Shown here piece by piece: positions 7,280 to 15,816 of a stretch of DNA of 31,713 nucleotides. How positions within the stretch are numbered: the stretch's first letter is position 1; every line of letters starts with the position of its first letter. Position numbers and translations under genes: made by a program. This DNA is from Gemmatimonadales bacterium (GTDB lineage: Bacteria; Gemmatimonadota; Gemmatimonadetes; Gemmatimonadales; GWC2-71-9), in NCBI GenBank assembly GCA_035472975.1, contig DATIOP010000022.1, positions 1 through 31,713 of the forward strand, given 5' to 3'. The notes under the pieces are model-generated. The model was not told the DNA's origin. It ran no database searches and worked only from the letters and a program-made list of their open reading frames with translations.

Positions 7280-7792
7280 ATGGCGGATGAACTGGAGGAA
7301 CTCTACCGCACTACCTACCCCACCGTCGTACGTTTTCTGTACCGACGGGTCTGGGATGCGGATAGAGCACAGGATCTGGCCCAGGAGGTCTTTATGCGGC
7401 TCATGGCCCACCGGCCGGAGAAGCCGCGGGCCTGGTTGTTTGCGGTGGCAGCGAACCTGGCGCGGGATGAAGCTCGCGCCGCGGTGAGGCGCAAGCGGCA
7501 CCTGACGCTGCTGAAGGACGACCCGGTAACCCTCCCGTCGATTCAGCCCTCCGCGGAAGAGACGGTCGAGCAGGACGAACGGCGTTCGAAGGTGGAAGCG
7601 GCGTTGGGAGCTCTCACCAAGCGGGACCGGGAGGTGCTGCTGCTATGGGACGCAGGTATGAGTTATCCCGAAATCGCCCAGCAAACTGGACTTGCTCTGG
7701 GAGCTGTGGGCACGACATTGGCCCGGGCCCGGAAGCGGTTGGTCGACGCATATGATCGAATGGAGCAGCAGAGCCGTGCGGCACATTCCTGA
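7280..7792 (+). CDS. ECF (group 4) RNA polymerase sigma factor
   Basis: AQDLAQEVFMRL, RAWLFAVAANLARD (region 2) and GMSYPEIAQQTGLALGAVGTTLARAR (region 4); GGAG upstream of ATG. Confidence 0.92.
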   Translation: MADELEELYRTTYPTVVRFLYRRVWDADRAQDLAQEVFMRLMAHRPEKPRAWLFAVAANLARDEARAAVRRKRHLTLLKDDPVTLPSIQPSAEETVEQDERRSKVEAALGALTKRDREVLLLWDAGMSYPEIAQQTGLALGAVGTTLARARKRLVDAYDRMEQQSRAAHS

Positions 7793-8798
7793 CGAAGAAT
7801 TGCATGCCTATCTCGACCAGGCGCTGAGCCGTTCTCAGTGCGTGGAGATCGAGAGCCACCTCGCCGAATGTCCCGGCTGTAGCGCGCTGCGGGATGACAC
7901 GGCGGCGCTCAGGGACCGCACCACCGCCCTGCTCGCCCGTCTGGGTCCCGGACCGATTGTGCCGCCAAGCTTCGCCACATTGAGCGACCGCTACGAAGCG
8001 GAACGCCGGTGGCGTCGCCAGTGGACGGTGCGGGCCGGTTGGGCCGCCAGCCTGATCGTGGCGGCCGGCCTCGGCTGGAGCGTAAATCAGCGGGTCCACT
8101 CCCAAGTGGTCCGACTCGACACCGAAGCGCCGATCGTCGTCGCGCCGGTCGCGATTCGCCCGCTCCCATCCGATGCCCGTCCCGCCACCCTTCCTGCCAT
8201 TCAGACCACCAAGCCTCAGTCGACCCGCCCCAGGCAAGCCGTGGCACTTCGCGAGCCGACTTCGGCCCGTCTGCCGGTGGCAGCGTTCCAGGTGGCGGAC
8301 GAATCGGCCGAGGTAATGGTGGCGTCCTACGCGCCGGCTCCGGAGGGAACCGACCAGGCGTCTCGGGAAGTGTTCTCGGTAGAGAGCCAGCCCGCGGTGA
8401 GCGGCGGCAACCTGCAGGGCTTCTGGCGTAGCGTCGGCGTAGACGGGCTGGAGCCGTCGACTCCCGGCCAGCTCGCTCGCGTCCCCGGGTTGCCGGTGAT
8501 CCAGGTGCAGGTACAGCCCGGCGAGGCAGGTGCCGAAGTCACCGCGGTTGATCAGCAGTTGGAAGACGGTCAGCTCATCCGGACTATCGAGGGTCCGGCC
8601 GCCAAAGTCTCCTCGCTGATTGCCAACCAGGAGGCGGAGGACGCGTCAAGCCGCCAACCGGACACTGCGAACGGAAACCAGCCGGACAAAATGACCCTGA
8701 CGTTGCGCCAGGGAGACCGGATGCTCGCCGTGACCGGGCCCTCGAAGGTGCTCGGGAACCTGATGATTTCGCGTGGGGGCGTGCGGAGGCGATACTAG
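7776..8798 (+). CDS. Membrane-anchored zinc-binding anti-sigma factor (zf-HC2/ZAS) with extracytoplasmic domain
   Basis: HIPDEELHAYLD...HLAECPGC (HxxxCxxC), one TM segment, Pro/Ala linker; GTG start overlaps the end of the sigma gene. Confidence 0.85.
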   Translation: MRHIPDEELHAYLDQALSRSQCVEIESHLAECPGCSALRDDTAALRDRTTALLARLGPGPIVPPSFATLSDRYEAERRWRRQWTVRAGWAASLIVAAGLGWSVNQRVHSQVVRLDTEAPIVVAPVAIRPLPSDARPATLPAIQTTKPQSTRPRQAVALREPTSARLPVAAFQVADESAEVMVASYAPAPEGTDQASREVFSVESQPAVSGGNLQGFWRSVGVDGLEPSTPGQLARVPGLPVIQVQVQPGEAGAEVTAVDQQLEDGQLIRTIEGPAAKVSSLIANQEAEDASSRQPDTANGNQPDKMTLTLRQGDRMLAVTGPSKVLGNLMISRGGVRRRY

Positions 8799-8803
8799 AC
8801 TGC

Positions 8804-8922
8804 GGGAACGGGGAACGGGCCAGCCGAAAAATATCACAGCCCTCCTTGGCGAAGCGCCAACGGAGGGCTGATTGTTTTACGAGCAACCGTTCCCTGTTCC
8901 CCGTTCCCTGTTCCCCGTTCCC
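8804..8922. repeat. Inverted heptamer arms (GGGAACR) around a central hairpin
   Basis: GGGAACG x2 (8804-8817) and alternating CGTTCCC/TGTTCCC x5 (8888-8922). Confidence 0.85.
8837..8878. terminator. Probable bidirectional intrinsic terminator
   Basis: CAGCCCTCC-TTGGCG-aag-CGCCAA-c-GGAGGGCTG stem with A-rich left and T-rich right flanks, between convergent genes. Confidence 0.7.
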
Positions 8923-8926
8923 CGCT

Positions 8927-10288
8927 TTACCGCTGCTTATGCCTCCGATCAATCACGTCCGCGGCCACATAATCCCCCGGCGCCTCTTCATGCTCGAACT
9001 CGCCGGTGATTTCCTGATGTGAATGTCCGCGTTCCCGATCCAGCGTGATTTCGGCGAGCCGGGGGGAGACCATCGGGAAGGTGCGAGCGAAGATCCCGTA
9101 GCAGAGCAGGAAGAGTCCCAGAAATAGGGCGGTCGAGGCGAGCTCCGGCATGCCGAACACCGGACCCGGCTCTCGAGTCACCGAGGGCATCACGTCGAGA
9201 TAGCGCTCCAGCCAGAGCGACACCAGACTGATCGAGGTGAAGAGCGCGAAGGTAAACGGCACCTTCTTGGGCAGCACGCCGAGCAGGCCGAAGAAGGGAA
9301 TGACGAACATGCCGAGGAACACGGTGCTGCCGATCGGGCGCCAGGGACCCCATAGCCGGGCAAACAGGAATCCAGTTTCCTCGGGAAGGTTGCCGTACCA
9401 GATCACCAGGAACTGAGCCCACATGAGGTAGGCCCAGAATACGGTGAAGCCGAAGCAGAGCTTGCCCAGGTCGTGCCGCTGCTTGGGAGAGACGAAAGCG
9501 GCGATTCCCACCTCGTTGCGCCCGTAGAGCATCAGTAGCGCGAGAAGGGTATGGGCTCCCAGGAACGCGCCCATGAAGAACCAGCCGCCGAACAGGTTGG
9601 AGAACCAGTGGGGCTGCAGACCCATGACCATGTCGAATGCCACCAAGGTAAAGACGATGGCATAGACCACCACATACGCCGGAGCGAGGGTATAGATGGT
9701 GTGATCATTCCGCGTCCTGGCCTCGGGCGAGTCGTCATAGCCCGCGGTCCAGCGATCGTACATGGTGCGGCGCCGGCCGGTGAGCAGGGCCTTGGTCTCG
9801 AACATGTCGGGTATCATGTCCGCGCGGATCAGCCGATAGCCCAGATAGTAGAGCAGGCAGAGGCCGATGAAGAGCCGCCAGAACATGAAGCTGTGCGATA
9901 GCCAGAGCTCTTTCGCGTGCCCCAGCCCTTGCATCGCCGGGAAGATGTGACTGTAGCCGACGGTAAAGATCAGCAGGAATCCAATGAGCGATATGGGGAA
10001 GAACAGGAAGGCGGCGGCCTCGGAGAACCGGATCATCAGGCCGGACCACTTCGCTTTGGTCACCTTCTGCACCGCCACGAAGGCCATGCTGCCCCCGGTG
10101 AGGCTGGTGAAGAAGACCCAGTTCACGTGAAAGAGGTGCCAGGCTCGATCGGCCTGAGCGCCGGTAAGGGAAATGCCGAGCAGGATCAGACCGACCACGC
10201 TCAACACCGCTCCGACGCCGACGAAAAGACTGTAGCGTGCCGAGAGCGCCCGGATTGCGAGAGTTTCCCGTACGACTGTGCTGGCCAT
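8927..10288 (-). CDS. actF: Alternative complex III membrane subunit F
   Basis: Polytopic NrfD-paralogue with WFSNLFG, HDLGKLCFGF and YLMWAQFLVIWYGNLPEE; TAATG overlap with actE. Confidence 0.88.
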   Translation of the reverse strand: MASTVVRETLAIRALSARYSLFVGVGAVLSVVGLILLGISLTGAQADRAWHLFHVNWVFFTSLTGGSMAFVAVQKVTKAKWSGLMIRFSEAAAFLFFPISLIGFLLIFTVGYSHIFPAMQGLGHAKELWLSHSFMFWRLFIGLCLLYYLGYRLIRADMIPDMFETKALLTGRRRTMYDRWTAGYDDSPEARTRNDHTIYTLAPAYVVVYAIVFTLVAFDMVMGLQPHWFSNLFGGWFFMGAFLGAHTLLALLMLYGRNEVGIAAFVSPKQRHDLGKLCFGFTVFWAYLMWAQFLVIWYGNLPEETGFLFARLWGPWRPIGSTVFLGMFVIPFFGLLGVLPKKVPFTFALFTSISLVSLWLERYLDVMPSVTREPGPVFGMPELASTALFLGLFLLCYGIFARTFPMVSPRLAEITLDRERGHSHQEITGEFEHEEAPGDYVAADVIDRRHKQR

Positions 10289-10887
10289 TATTGGGCTCCT
10301 CCCGGGGCGGGAGCCGGCCCGGATCCCTGGAGCTGGCGGACGAAGTTCACGATCTGCCACCGATTTTCGCCGCGGACCTTGTCGCCGTAGAGCGGCATGA
10401 CCCCTCGGCCGTAGCGGATGAGGCTGTAGATGTAGCCGTCGGTGTATCCCTTGGCCCGATCGGTGAGAAGCGACGGCGCACCAATCTTGACCCCCACGAG
10501 TCCGTCGCCCGCCCCGACCGGTCCGTGACAGACGCTGCAATAGGTGTGGTAGAGGGTATCGCCAACGGCAGTAGCCGGCTGCCCCGCGAGCGGATTCACC
10601 ACCTTGTCCGCCACGGCCTGATCGAAACCGTAGGCCAGCTGCAGCGGGTCTCCAACCTGCCAGCTCTCCTCCCCACCACTGACCGGCACGGTCCCCGGGA
10701 CGGTATTCCGCGGGATGTCGCCGCGCTGATAGGGAGAGATCGAGCGCTGGAAGATCATCGCGTCGAACCAGGGCACCAGGTGCAGGGCATCATCCGGCGA
10801 GGGCACGTCGTTGTAGTAGAAGTCGCACGATGCCCCGAGGCCCACCAGCAAGATTATTGCGGACGCGCGCAGTGTCTTACGCCGCAT
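10288..10887 (-). CDS. actE: Alternative complex III monoheme cytochrome c lipoprotein, subunit E
   Basis: Lipobox LGASC, a single CSVCH, distal GRGVMP Met, PGTVP motif; GGAGG RBS. Confidence 0.88.
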   Translation of the reverse strand: MRRKTLRASAIILLVGLGASCDFYYNDVPSPDDALHLVPWFDAMIFQRSISPYQRGDIPRNTVPGTVPVSGGEESWQVGDPLQLAYGFDQAVADKVVNPLAGQPATAVGDTLYHTYCSVCHGPVGAGDGLVGVKIGAPSLLTDRAKGYTDGYIYSLIRYGRGVMPLYGDKVRGENRWQIVNFVRQLQGSGPAPAPGGAQ

Positions 10888-11386
10888 TGCGCACCTCCAC
10901 CGCACCCGCGTCCCGCACGATCCGCTCGATGTCCGACCCTGTCCCGCCGACGGCCGGCACGAAGATGCCAATCCGGTCGTCCGAGAAGGAAGGATCATAG
11001 GCCAGGCCGGTGGTCCGCTTGGTGAGACTGAGCAGTACCAGTCCGGTGACCGTGCTGAGTGCGCCGATCAGCACCATCAGCTCGAACATGAATACCACGT
11101 AGGGCGGGACGGTCGCGATGGGCTTGCCGCCCACCAGGAGAGGCCAGTCGAGCGACATCCAGAAGGTCATGCCCACTCCAGCTAGACACCCGGTCATCCC
11201 GCCGATCAGGGTGAAAAGGCGGACCGGACTGTTGGTCACGCCGAGGGCTTCCTCCAGCTCGTGATTCGGCGCCGCGGAATAGACCGTGAAGTTTCCCTTG
11301 CCCTGAGCCCGTAGTGACTTGATGGCGTCACAAGCCGCGTCGATGTGCTCGAAGATTGCGAGGACGCCGGGAACGGGTTTGGCCAT
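10877..11386 (-). CDS. actD: Alternative complex III subunit D (DUF3341-like)
   Basis: Two TM segments, DWPLLVGGKP and FELMVL motifs; TGATG overlap with actC. Confidence 0.88.
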   Translation of the reverse strand: MAKPVPGVLAIFEHIDAACDAIKSLRAQGKGNFTVYSAAPNHELEEALGVTNSPVRLFTLIGGMTGCLAGVGMTFWMSLDWPLLVGGKPIATVPPYVVFMFELMVLIGALSTVTGLVLLSLTKRTTGLAYDPSFSDDRIGIFVPAVGGTGSDIERIVRDAGAVEVRNAA

Positions 11387-12735
11387 CAGTGGCCTACCTT
11401 TCTCAACCGCGGCATCGGAATCATCTCCTTCAACTCCTGAATCGCCACGACCGGGAAGGTCCGGGCAAAGAGCAGGAACCACATGCTGAACCAGCCGAAG
11501 GAGCCGAGCAGGATGCCCCAGTCGGCCCAGGTCGGGGTCATCTGGCCCCAGGCATACGGGTCATAATCGTTGCTGAGACTCGAGACGATGATGACGTACC
11601 GCTCGAACCACATCCCGATGTTGACGAAGATCGAGATCACGAAGAGCGCCGTCAGGTTGGTGCGGATCTTCCGGAACCAGAAGAGCTGGGACACGAACGC
11701 GTTGCAGATGATCATGGTCCAGCCGGCCCACCACATGGGACCAAAAGCACGGCACCAGAACGTCTCCTGCTCGAACGGGTTGCCGCTGTACCACGCGATG
11801 AAGTACTCCATCGCGTAGGCGTAGAACAGGATCGACCCGGTCAGCAGGGTCAGCTTCGCCAGATTGTCGAAGTGGTAATCGGTGATCATGTGCTCGATCT
11901 TGAGCGCCTTGCGGAGCGGGATCAGGATCGTCAGCACCATGCCAACGCCGGAGTAGATGGCGCCGGCGACGAAATAGGGAGCGAAGATGGTCCCGTGCCA
12001 TCCCGGGATGATGCTCATCGCGAAATCCCAGGACACCACCGAGTGCACCGACAGCACCAGCGGAGTCGCGAGCGCCGCGAGGTAGAGGTAGGCACGGGTG
12101 TAATGGCGCCACTGATTGTCGGTGCCTTTCCATCCCAGCGAGAAAAACGAATACACCTTGTGCCGCCATCCCCGCATCTTGTCGCGCGCCGCGGCTATGT
12201 CCGGTACCAGCCCCACGCACAGGAACGTGGTGGAGACCGTGAGGTAGGTGGAGATCGCGAAGACGTCCCAGATCAGGGGCGACTTGAAGTTGGGCCAGAG
12301 GAACCGGGCATTGGGATACGGAAGCAGCCAGTAGAAGAACCACTGGCGGCCGATGTGGATGATCGGGAAGAGGCCCGCCGTCATCACGGCGAACACCGTC
12401 ATCGCCTCGGTGGCCCGGTAGACCGCGGTGCGCCACGGGGAGCGGAACAGGAACAGGATCGCCGAGATCAGTGTTCCCGCATGGCCGATACCGATCCAGA
12501 ACACGAAGGTCGTGATGTAGACCGCCCACATGACGGGCGGTGAGTAGCCCGCCAGCCCCAACCCATCCTTCAGTAGCATCGTGAAGGTGCCGATGCCCAC
12601 CAGGAAGCAGAGCACCGCCACACCGAGCGCAATGAAATAACCCCGGTCCGCGGTCCCCAGCGTGTTGACGACGTCGCGGGTGACCTCGGCGTGGGTCTGA
12701 TTCGGATGCTGCGGGTCGTGCGCTATAACGGCCAT
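11386..12735 (-). CDS. actC: Alternative complex III quinol-oxidising NrfD-family subunit C
   Basis: FVFWIGIGHAGTLISAIL, RATEAMTVFA, SPLIWDVFAISTY, LSVHSVVSWDF and GMWFERY. Confidence 0.93.
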   Translation of the reverse strand: MAVIAHDPQHPNQTHAEVTRDVVNTLGTADRGYFIALGVAVLCFLVGIGTFTMLLKDGLGLAGYSPPVMWAVYITTFVFWIGIGHAGTLISAILFLFRSPWRTAVYRATEAMTVFAVMTAGLFPIIHIGRQWFFYWLLPYPNARFLWPNFKSPLIWDVFAISTYLTVSTTFLCVGLVPDIAAARDKMRGWRHKVYSFFSLGWKGTDNQWRHYTRAYLYLAALATPLVLSVHSVVSWDFAMSIIPGWHGTIFAPYFVAGAIYSGVGMVLTILIPLRKALKIEHMITDYHFDNLAKLTLLTGSILFYAYAMEYFIAWYSGNPFEQETFWCRAFGPMWWAGWTMIICNAFVSQLFWFRKIRTNLTALFVISIFVNIGMWFERYVIIVSSLSNDYDPYAWGQMTPTWADWGILLGSFGWFSMWFLLFARTFPVVAIQELKEMIPMPRLRKVGH

Positions 12736-12738
12736 TGC

Positions 12739-15700
12739 TCAGGCCTCCGTCCGGTGGAGAACCTTGGCCAGATACGTAATCGCCGGCCGCACGTTGATCT
12801 CTTCGAAGACATGGTAGCCGCGGTGGTTGGTCTTGAGCGCCATCACCTTGCTGCCGGGATCCTTCATGTTGCCGAAGACGATGGCGTCCGAGGGACAGGC
12901 CTGAGCGCAGGCGGTGTTGACGTCGCCCTCTCTGAGTTCCCTGCCCTCCAGGCGCGCTGCATTCTGGGCGCCCCGGATCCGATGGACGCACATCGTGCAC
13001 TTCTCCATCACGCCGCGGGCCCGGACCGTCACGTCGGGATTGAGCTGCAGGTTGAGTGGTTCGGGGAACGCTTTCTTCGCGTAGGCGAACCAGTTGAAGT
13101 ACCGAACCTTGTAAGGACAGTTGTTGGAGCAGTATCGGGTGCCCACGCAGCGGTTGTAGATCTGCCCGTTCAGACCGTCGGGCGTGTGGTACGCGGCGTA
13201 AACCGGGCAGACCGGCTCGCAGGGCGCCGCGTCGCAGTGCTGGCATAGCATTGGAATGACCCGCGTCTCCAGCGGATCGCCGGTATCACCCCCGCCCTCC
13301 CAGAACCGCTCGATGCGGATCCAGGTCATTTCGCGACCCCGCCGGACTTCATCCTCGCCCACATAGGGGATGTTGTTCTCGGCGTAGCACGCGGTGACGC
13401 AGGCAGAGCATCCGGTGCACTTGGCGAGGTCGATCGCCATGCCCCACATGGGCTGGTCGCCGACGTAGGCGCCGTGCTTCCGCTTCTCCAGCTGGCTTTC
13501 CCGGAAGCCGTGGATCGCTTCGACCTCGCGCTCGGTATTGATCTCGTGCTCCTCGTGGCCCTGTTCCTCGAGCGCAAGCGCGGGAGTGAGGCCCTTCTTG
13601 GCCTGGTCCAACGTCATCGCGTCTGCGATCCCGCGACCAAGCTGGCGGGTCGTGCCTTCGGTCTTCGCCAGCTTCTTGTACTGCCCGGTCTTGCTCAGGG
13701 TGACGCGAGTCGCGAGGTAGGGCAGGAATCCCTCCCCATCCTTGGCATCGAGCAGGTCCAGCGCGTTGACCCCACGGTCCTTGGCGAAATCGCCGAAAGC
13801 GGTATGTCCCAGCCCGAGCGGGACCGCGACGACGTCAGGGTGGATTCCGGGATAGATGTAGACCGGAGCCTCGATGTTTCCGTGGGGAGAAGAGAGCCGG
13901 AGGATTTCCCCTTCCCGCACGTCGAGGCGCTTGGCCAGCTCGGGATGAACCTCAACCCACGAGTGCCAGGTGATCTTGGTGACTGGATCGGACAGCTCGA
14001 GCAGCCACGGACGGTTGGCGAAGCGGCCATCGCCCAGAACCGAGGCGTAGGGCGCGAACCAGTAACTGTCTCCCCCCTCGCTGCCATCGAAAGACGCCGG
14101 GGTCGAACCGATCTGACCAGCGTTGGCTGCGAGGCGCACCGGTGTCACCGGCGCTTCGGTGTACACCCCGCCGCGCTGCAGCGCGGCGCGCCAGAAGCTC
14201 TCGGTATCGGTCGCGCCCTGCGCGCGCGCCACGGTCTGCCACTGGGTCTTGAGGTAGGCCTCCCAGGACGGAGCATTGAAGCGGCTGAAGGCGCCACCGG
14301 CCTTCTGCGCCGTCTTGAGCAGCACATCGCCGGTCGCCATGCCGTTGAAGACCGGCTGCATCACCGGCTGCATCAGGCCGATTACCCCGCGGCGAGGCCG
14401 GAGATCGTCCCAGCGCTCCAGGGCGTGCAAGCCGGGCAACAGCAGGTCGCACAACGCGGCGGTCTCATCCAGGTAGAGCGAGGTCGAGACCTTGAAGGGA
14501 ACCTTCTTGAATTTCGCAGCGAAGCCGCCCTTGGCCGGCAGCGAGTAGATCGGGTTGGCCTCGTGGACGAGCACCAGCGAGACCCGCCCGCCGTCCGTGT
14601 CGGAGCCGAGGGCTTCGAGGGCGCCGTAGCCTTCACCACCGTCGAGGTCGGAGCCGAAGTTGACCGTGGTCCCGACGTTCCCGGCGATGTAATTGAGCAG
14701 GTTGACCGCCGCGCAAAGATCAACGGCGGCGCGATGCTGGTTCCCGATCCCGCCCGCTACGGCAAGGCTGGGCTTGGCGGAAGCAAACTCGCGCGCTACC
14801 CGGCGAATCACCTCGGCGCCGACACCGCTGGCTTCCTGCGCCTTCTCCGGGGTGAACGCCCCGAGCGCGCCGCGAAGCGCGTTGGAATCGGCCGGATTGC
14901 CGCTCCGCTCGCTCAGCAGCACGTTCGCCATCGCGAGCACGATCGCGGTGTCTGCGCCGGGCTTGGTGGGGTGCCACTCGTCGGCGTTCATCCCGGTGAG
15001 CGACATGCGCGGCGCGAAGGCGACATGCTTCGCCATGTTCCCATTGTCGTAGCCATGGGACTTGGCGAATCCGCGCTGGTTCTCCAGCGGGGAGAGCCAG
15101 TTTTCCAGGAAGTCGGCGCCGAAGGAGACGATGTACTTCGCGGCCGAGAAATCATGGGCCGGCAGCTCGTTGGTGCCGAAGGTGCGGAGATTGGCCGCCC
15201 GCATCGCCTCGTGCGCGAAGGGCTCGTAGCGAACGACCCGGCCCCCTGCGGCGGCAGTCCACTCAGCCAGGAAATCGGAGAAGGTGCCGCGGCCGGCGCC
15301 CGAGATCACCGCGACCTTGCCGGCGGCGCCGCTCAGTTTTCCGGCGAGGGCCGCGATCGCTTCATCCCACGTCACATCCTTGAAGCTGCCGTCCGGCTGA
15401 CGGGTCTTGGGTCCGGTTAGCCGTCCCGGATTGTAGAGACCCTGAAGTGCCGATTCTCCCTGGGAACACATCTTCCCCGCGTTCACCGGATGCTGGGGAT
15501 TCCCTTCCAGCTTGATCGCCCGGCCTTCGCGAGTCTTTACGTGCAGCCCGCAGCCCGCCGAACATTCGGTGCAGGTGCTGGCGTAGTAGGTGGGAATGCC
15601 CGGCACCTGGTCCTCGGATTGAACCAGGTAAGGAACCAGCTTCTCTATCCGCTCAGTCGAACAGCCGGAAACCACCATCGCCCCAGCGCCCGTCGCCCCG

Positions 15701-15756
15701 AGGACAGTGAGGAAGCGGCGGCGATCCATGCCTTCGTTCGGAGTTTCGTCTGACAT
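12739..15756 (-). CDS. actB: Alternative complex III subunit B (molybdopterin-oxidoreductase-like domain fused to a 4-cluster Fe-S domain)
   Basis: TAT RRRFL plus lipobox VSGC; N-terminal CX2CX3CX27C; C-terminal CTGCSACVTAC, CQHCDAAPCEPVCP, CVGTRYCSNNCP and KCTMC...CAQACP. Confidence 0.93.
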   Translation of the reverse strand: MSDETPNEGMDRRRFLTVLGATGAGAMVVSGCSTERIEKLVPYLVQSEDQVPGIPTYYASTCTECSAGCGLHVKTREGRAIKLEGNPQHPVNAGKMCSQGESALQGLYNPGRLTGPKTRQPDGSFKDVTWDEAIAALAGKLSGAAGKVAVISGAGRGTFSDFLAEWTAAAGGRVVRYEPFAHEAMRAANLRTFGTNELPAHDFSAAKYIVSFGADFLENWLSPLENQRGFAKSHGYDNGNMAKHVAFAPRMSLTGMNADEWHPTKPGADTAIVLAMANVLLSERSGNPADSNALRGALGAFTPEKAQEASGVGAEVIRRVAREFASAKPSLAVAGGIGNQHRAAVDLCAAVNLLNYIAGNVGTTVNFGSDLDGGEGYGALEALGSDTDGGRVSLVLVHEANPIYSLPAKGGFAAKFKKVPFKVSTSLYLDETAALCDLLLPGLHALERWDDLRPRRGVIGLMQPVMQPVFNGMATGDVLLKTAQKAGGAFSRFNAPSWEAYLKTQWQTVARAQGATDTESFWRAALQRGGVYTEAPVTPVRLAANAGQIGSTPASFDGSEGGDSYWFAPYASVLGDGRFANRPWLLELSDPVTKITWHSWVEVHPELAKRLDVREGEILRLSSPHGNIEAPVYIYPGIHPDVVAVPLGLGHTAFGDFAKDRGVNALDLLDAKDGEGFLPYLATRVTLSKTGQYKKLAKTEGTTRQLGRGIADAMTLDQAKKGLTPALALEEQGHEEHEINTEREVEAIHGFRESQLEKRKHGAYVGDQPMWGMAIDLAKCTGCSACVTACYAENNIPYVGEDEVRRGREMTWIRIERFWEGGGDTGDPLETRVIPMLCQHCDAAPCEPVCPVYAAYHTPDGLNGQIYNRCVGTRYCSNNCPYKVRYFNWFAYAKKAFPEPLNLQLNPDVTVRARGVMEKCTMCVHRIRGAQNAARLEGRELREGDVNTACAQACPSDAIVFGNMKDPGSKVMALKTNHRGYHVFEEINVRPAITYLAKVLHRTEA

Positions 15757-15770
15757 TCGTGCTCCGAGTA

Positions 15771-15815
15771 AGCCGTCAGCCGTTAGCCATCAGCCCTGAC
15801 GGCTGACGGCTCGCG
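15771..15815. repeat. Inverted heptamer arms (GCTGACG family) in the actA-actB spacer
   Basis: AGCCGTC AGCCGTT AGCCATC AGCC followed by CTGACGG CTGACGG CT; up to about 16 bp of pairing. Confidence 0.8.
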
Positions 15816-15816
15816 G

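Noticed and set aside
7200-7280. ECF autoregulatory promoter (GTCAAA / CGTCAA hexamers)
   Set aside because: No AAC-containing -35 at the expected ~16-bp spacing from either hexamer.
11561-15420. Long alternative ORFs (561 aa minus strand, 648 aa plus strand) over actB/actC
   Set aside because: Off-frame or antisense shadows typical of high-GC coding DNA, Arg/Gly/Pro-rich and without motifs.
11386-15756. Interpretation as polysulfide or tetrathionate reductase
   Set aside because: Presence of pentaheme ActA, DUF3341 ActD, monoheme ActE and ActF, the CVGTRYC 3Fe-4S motif and no evident Mo ligand all indicate ACIII.
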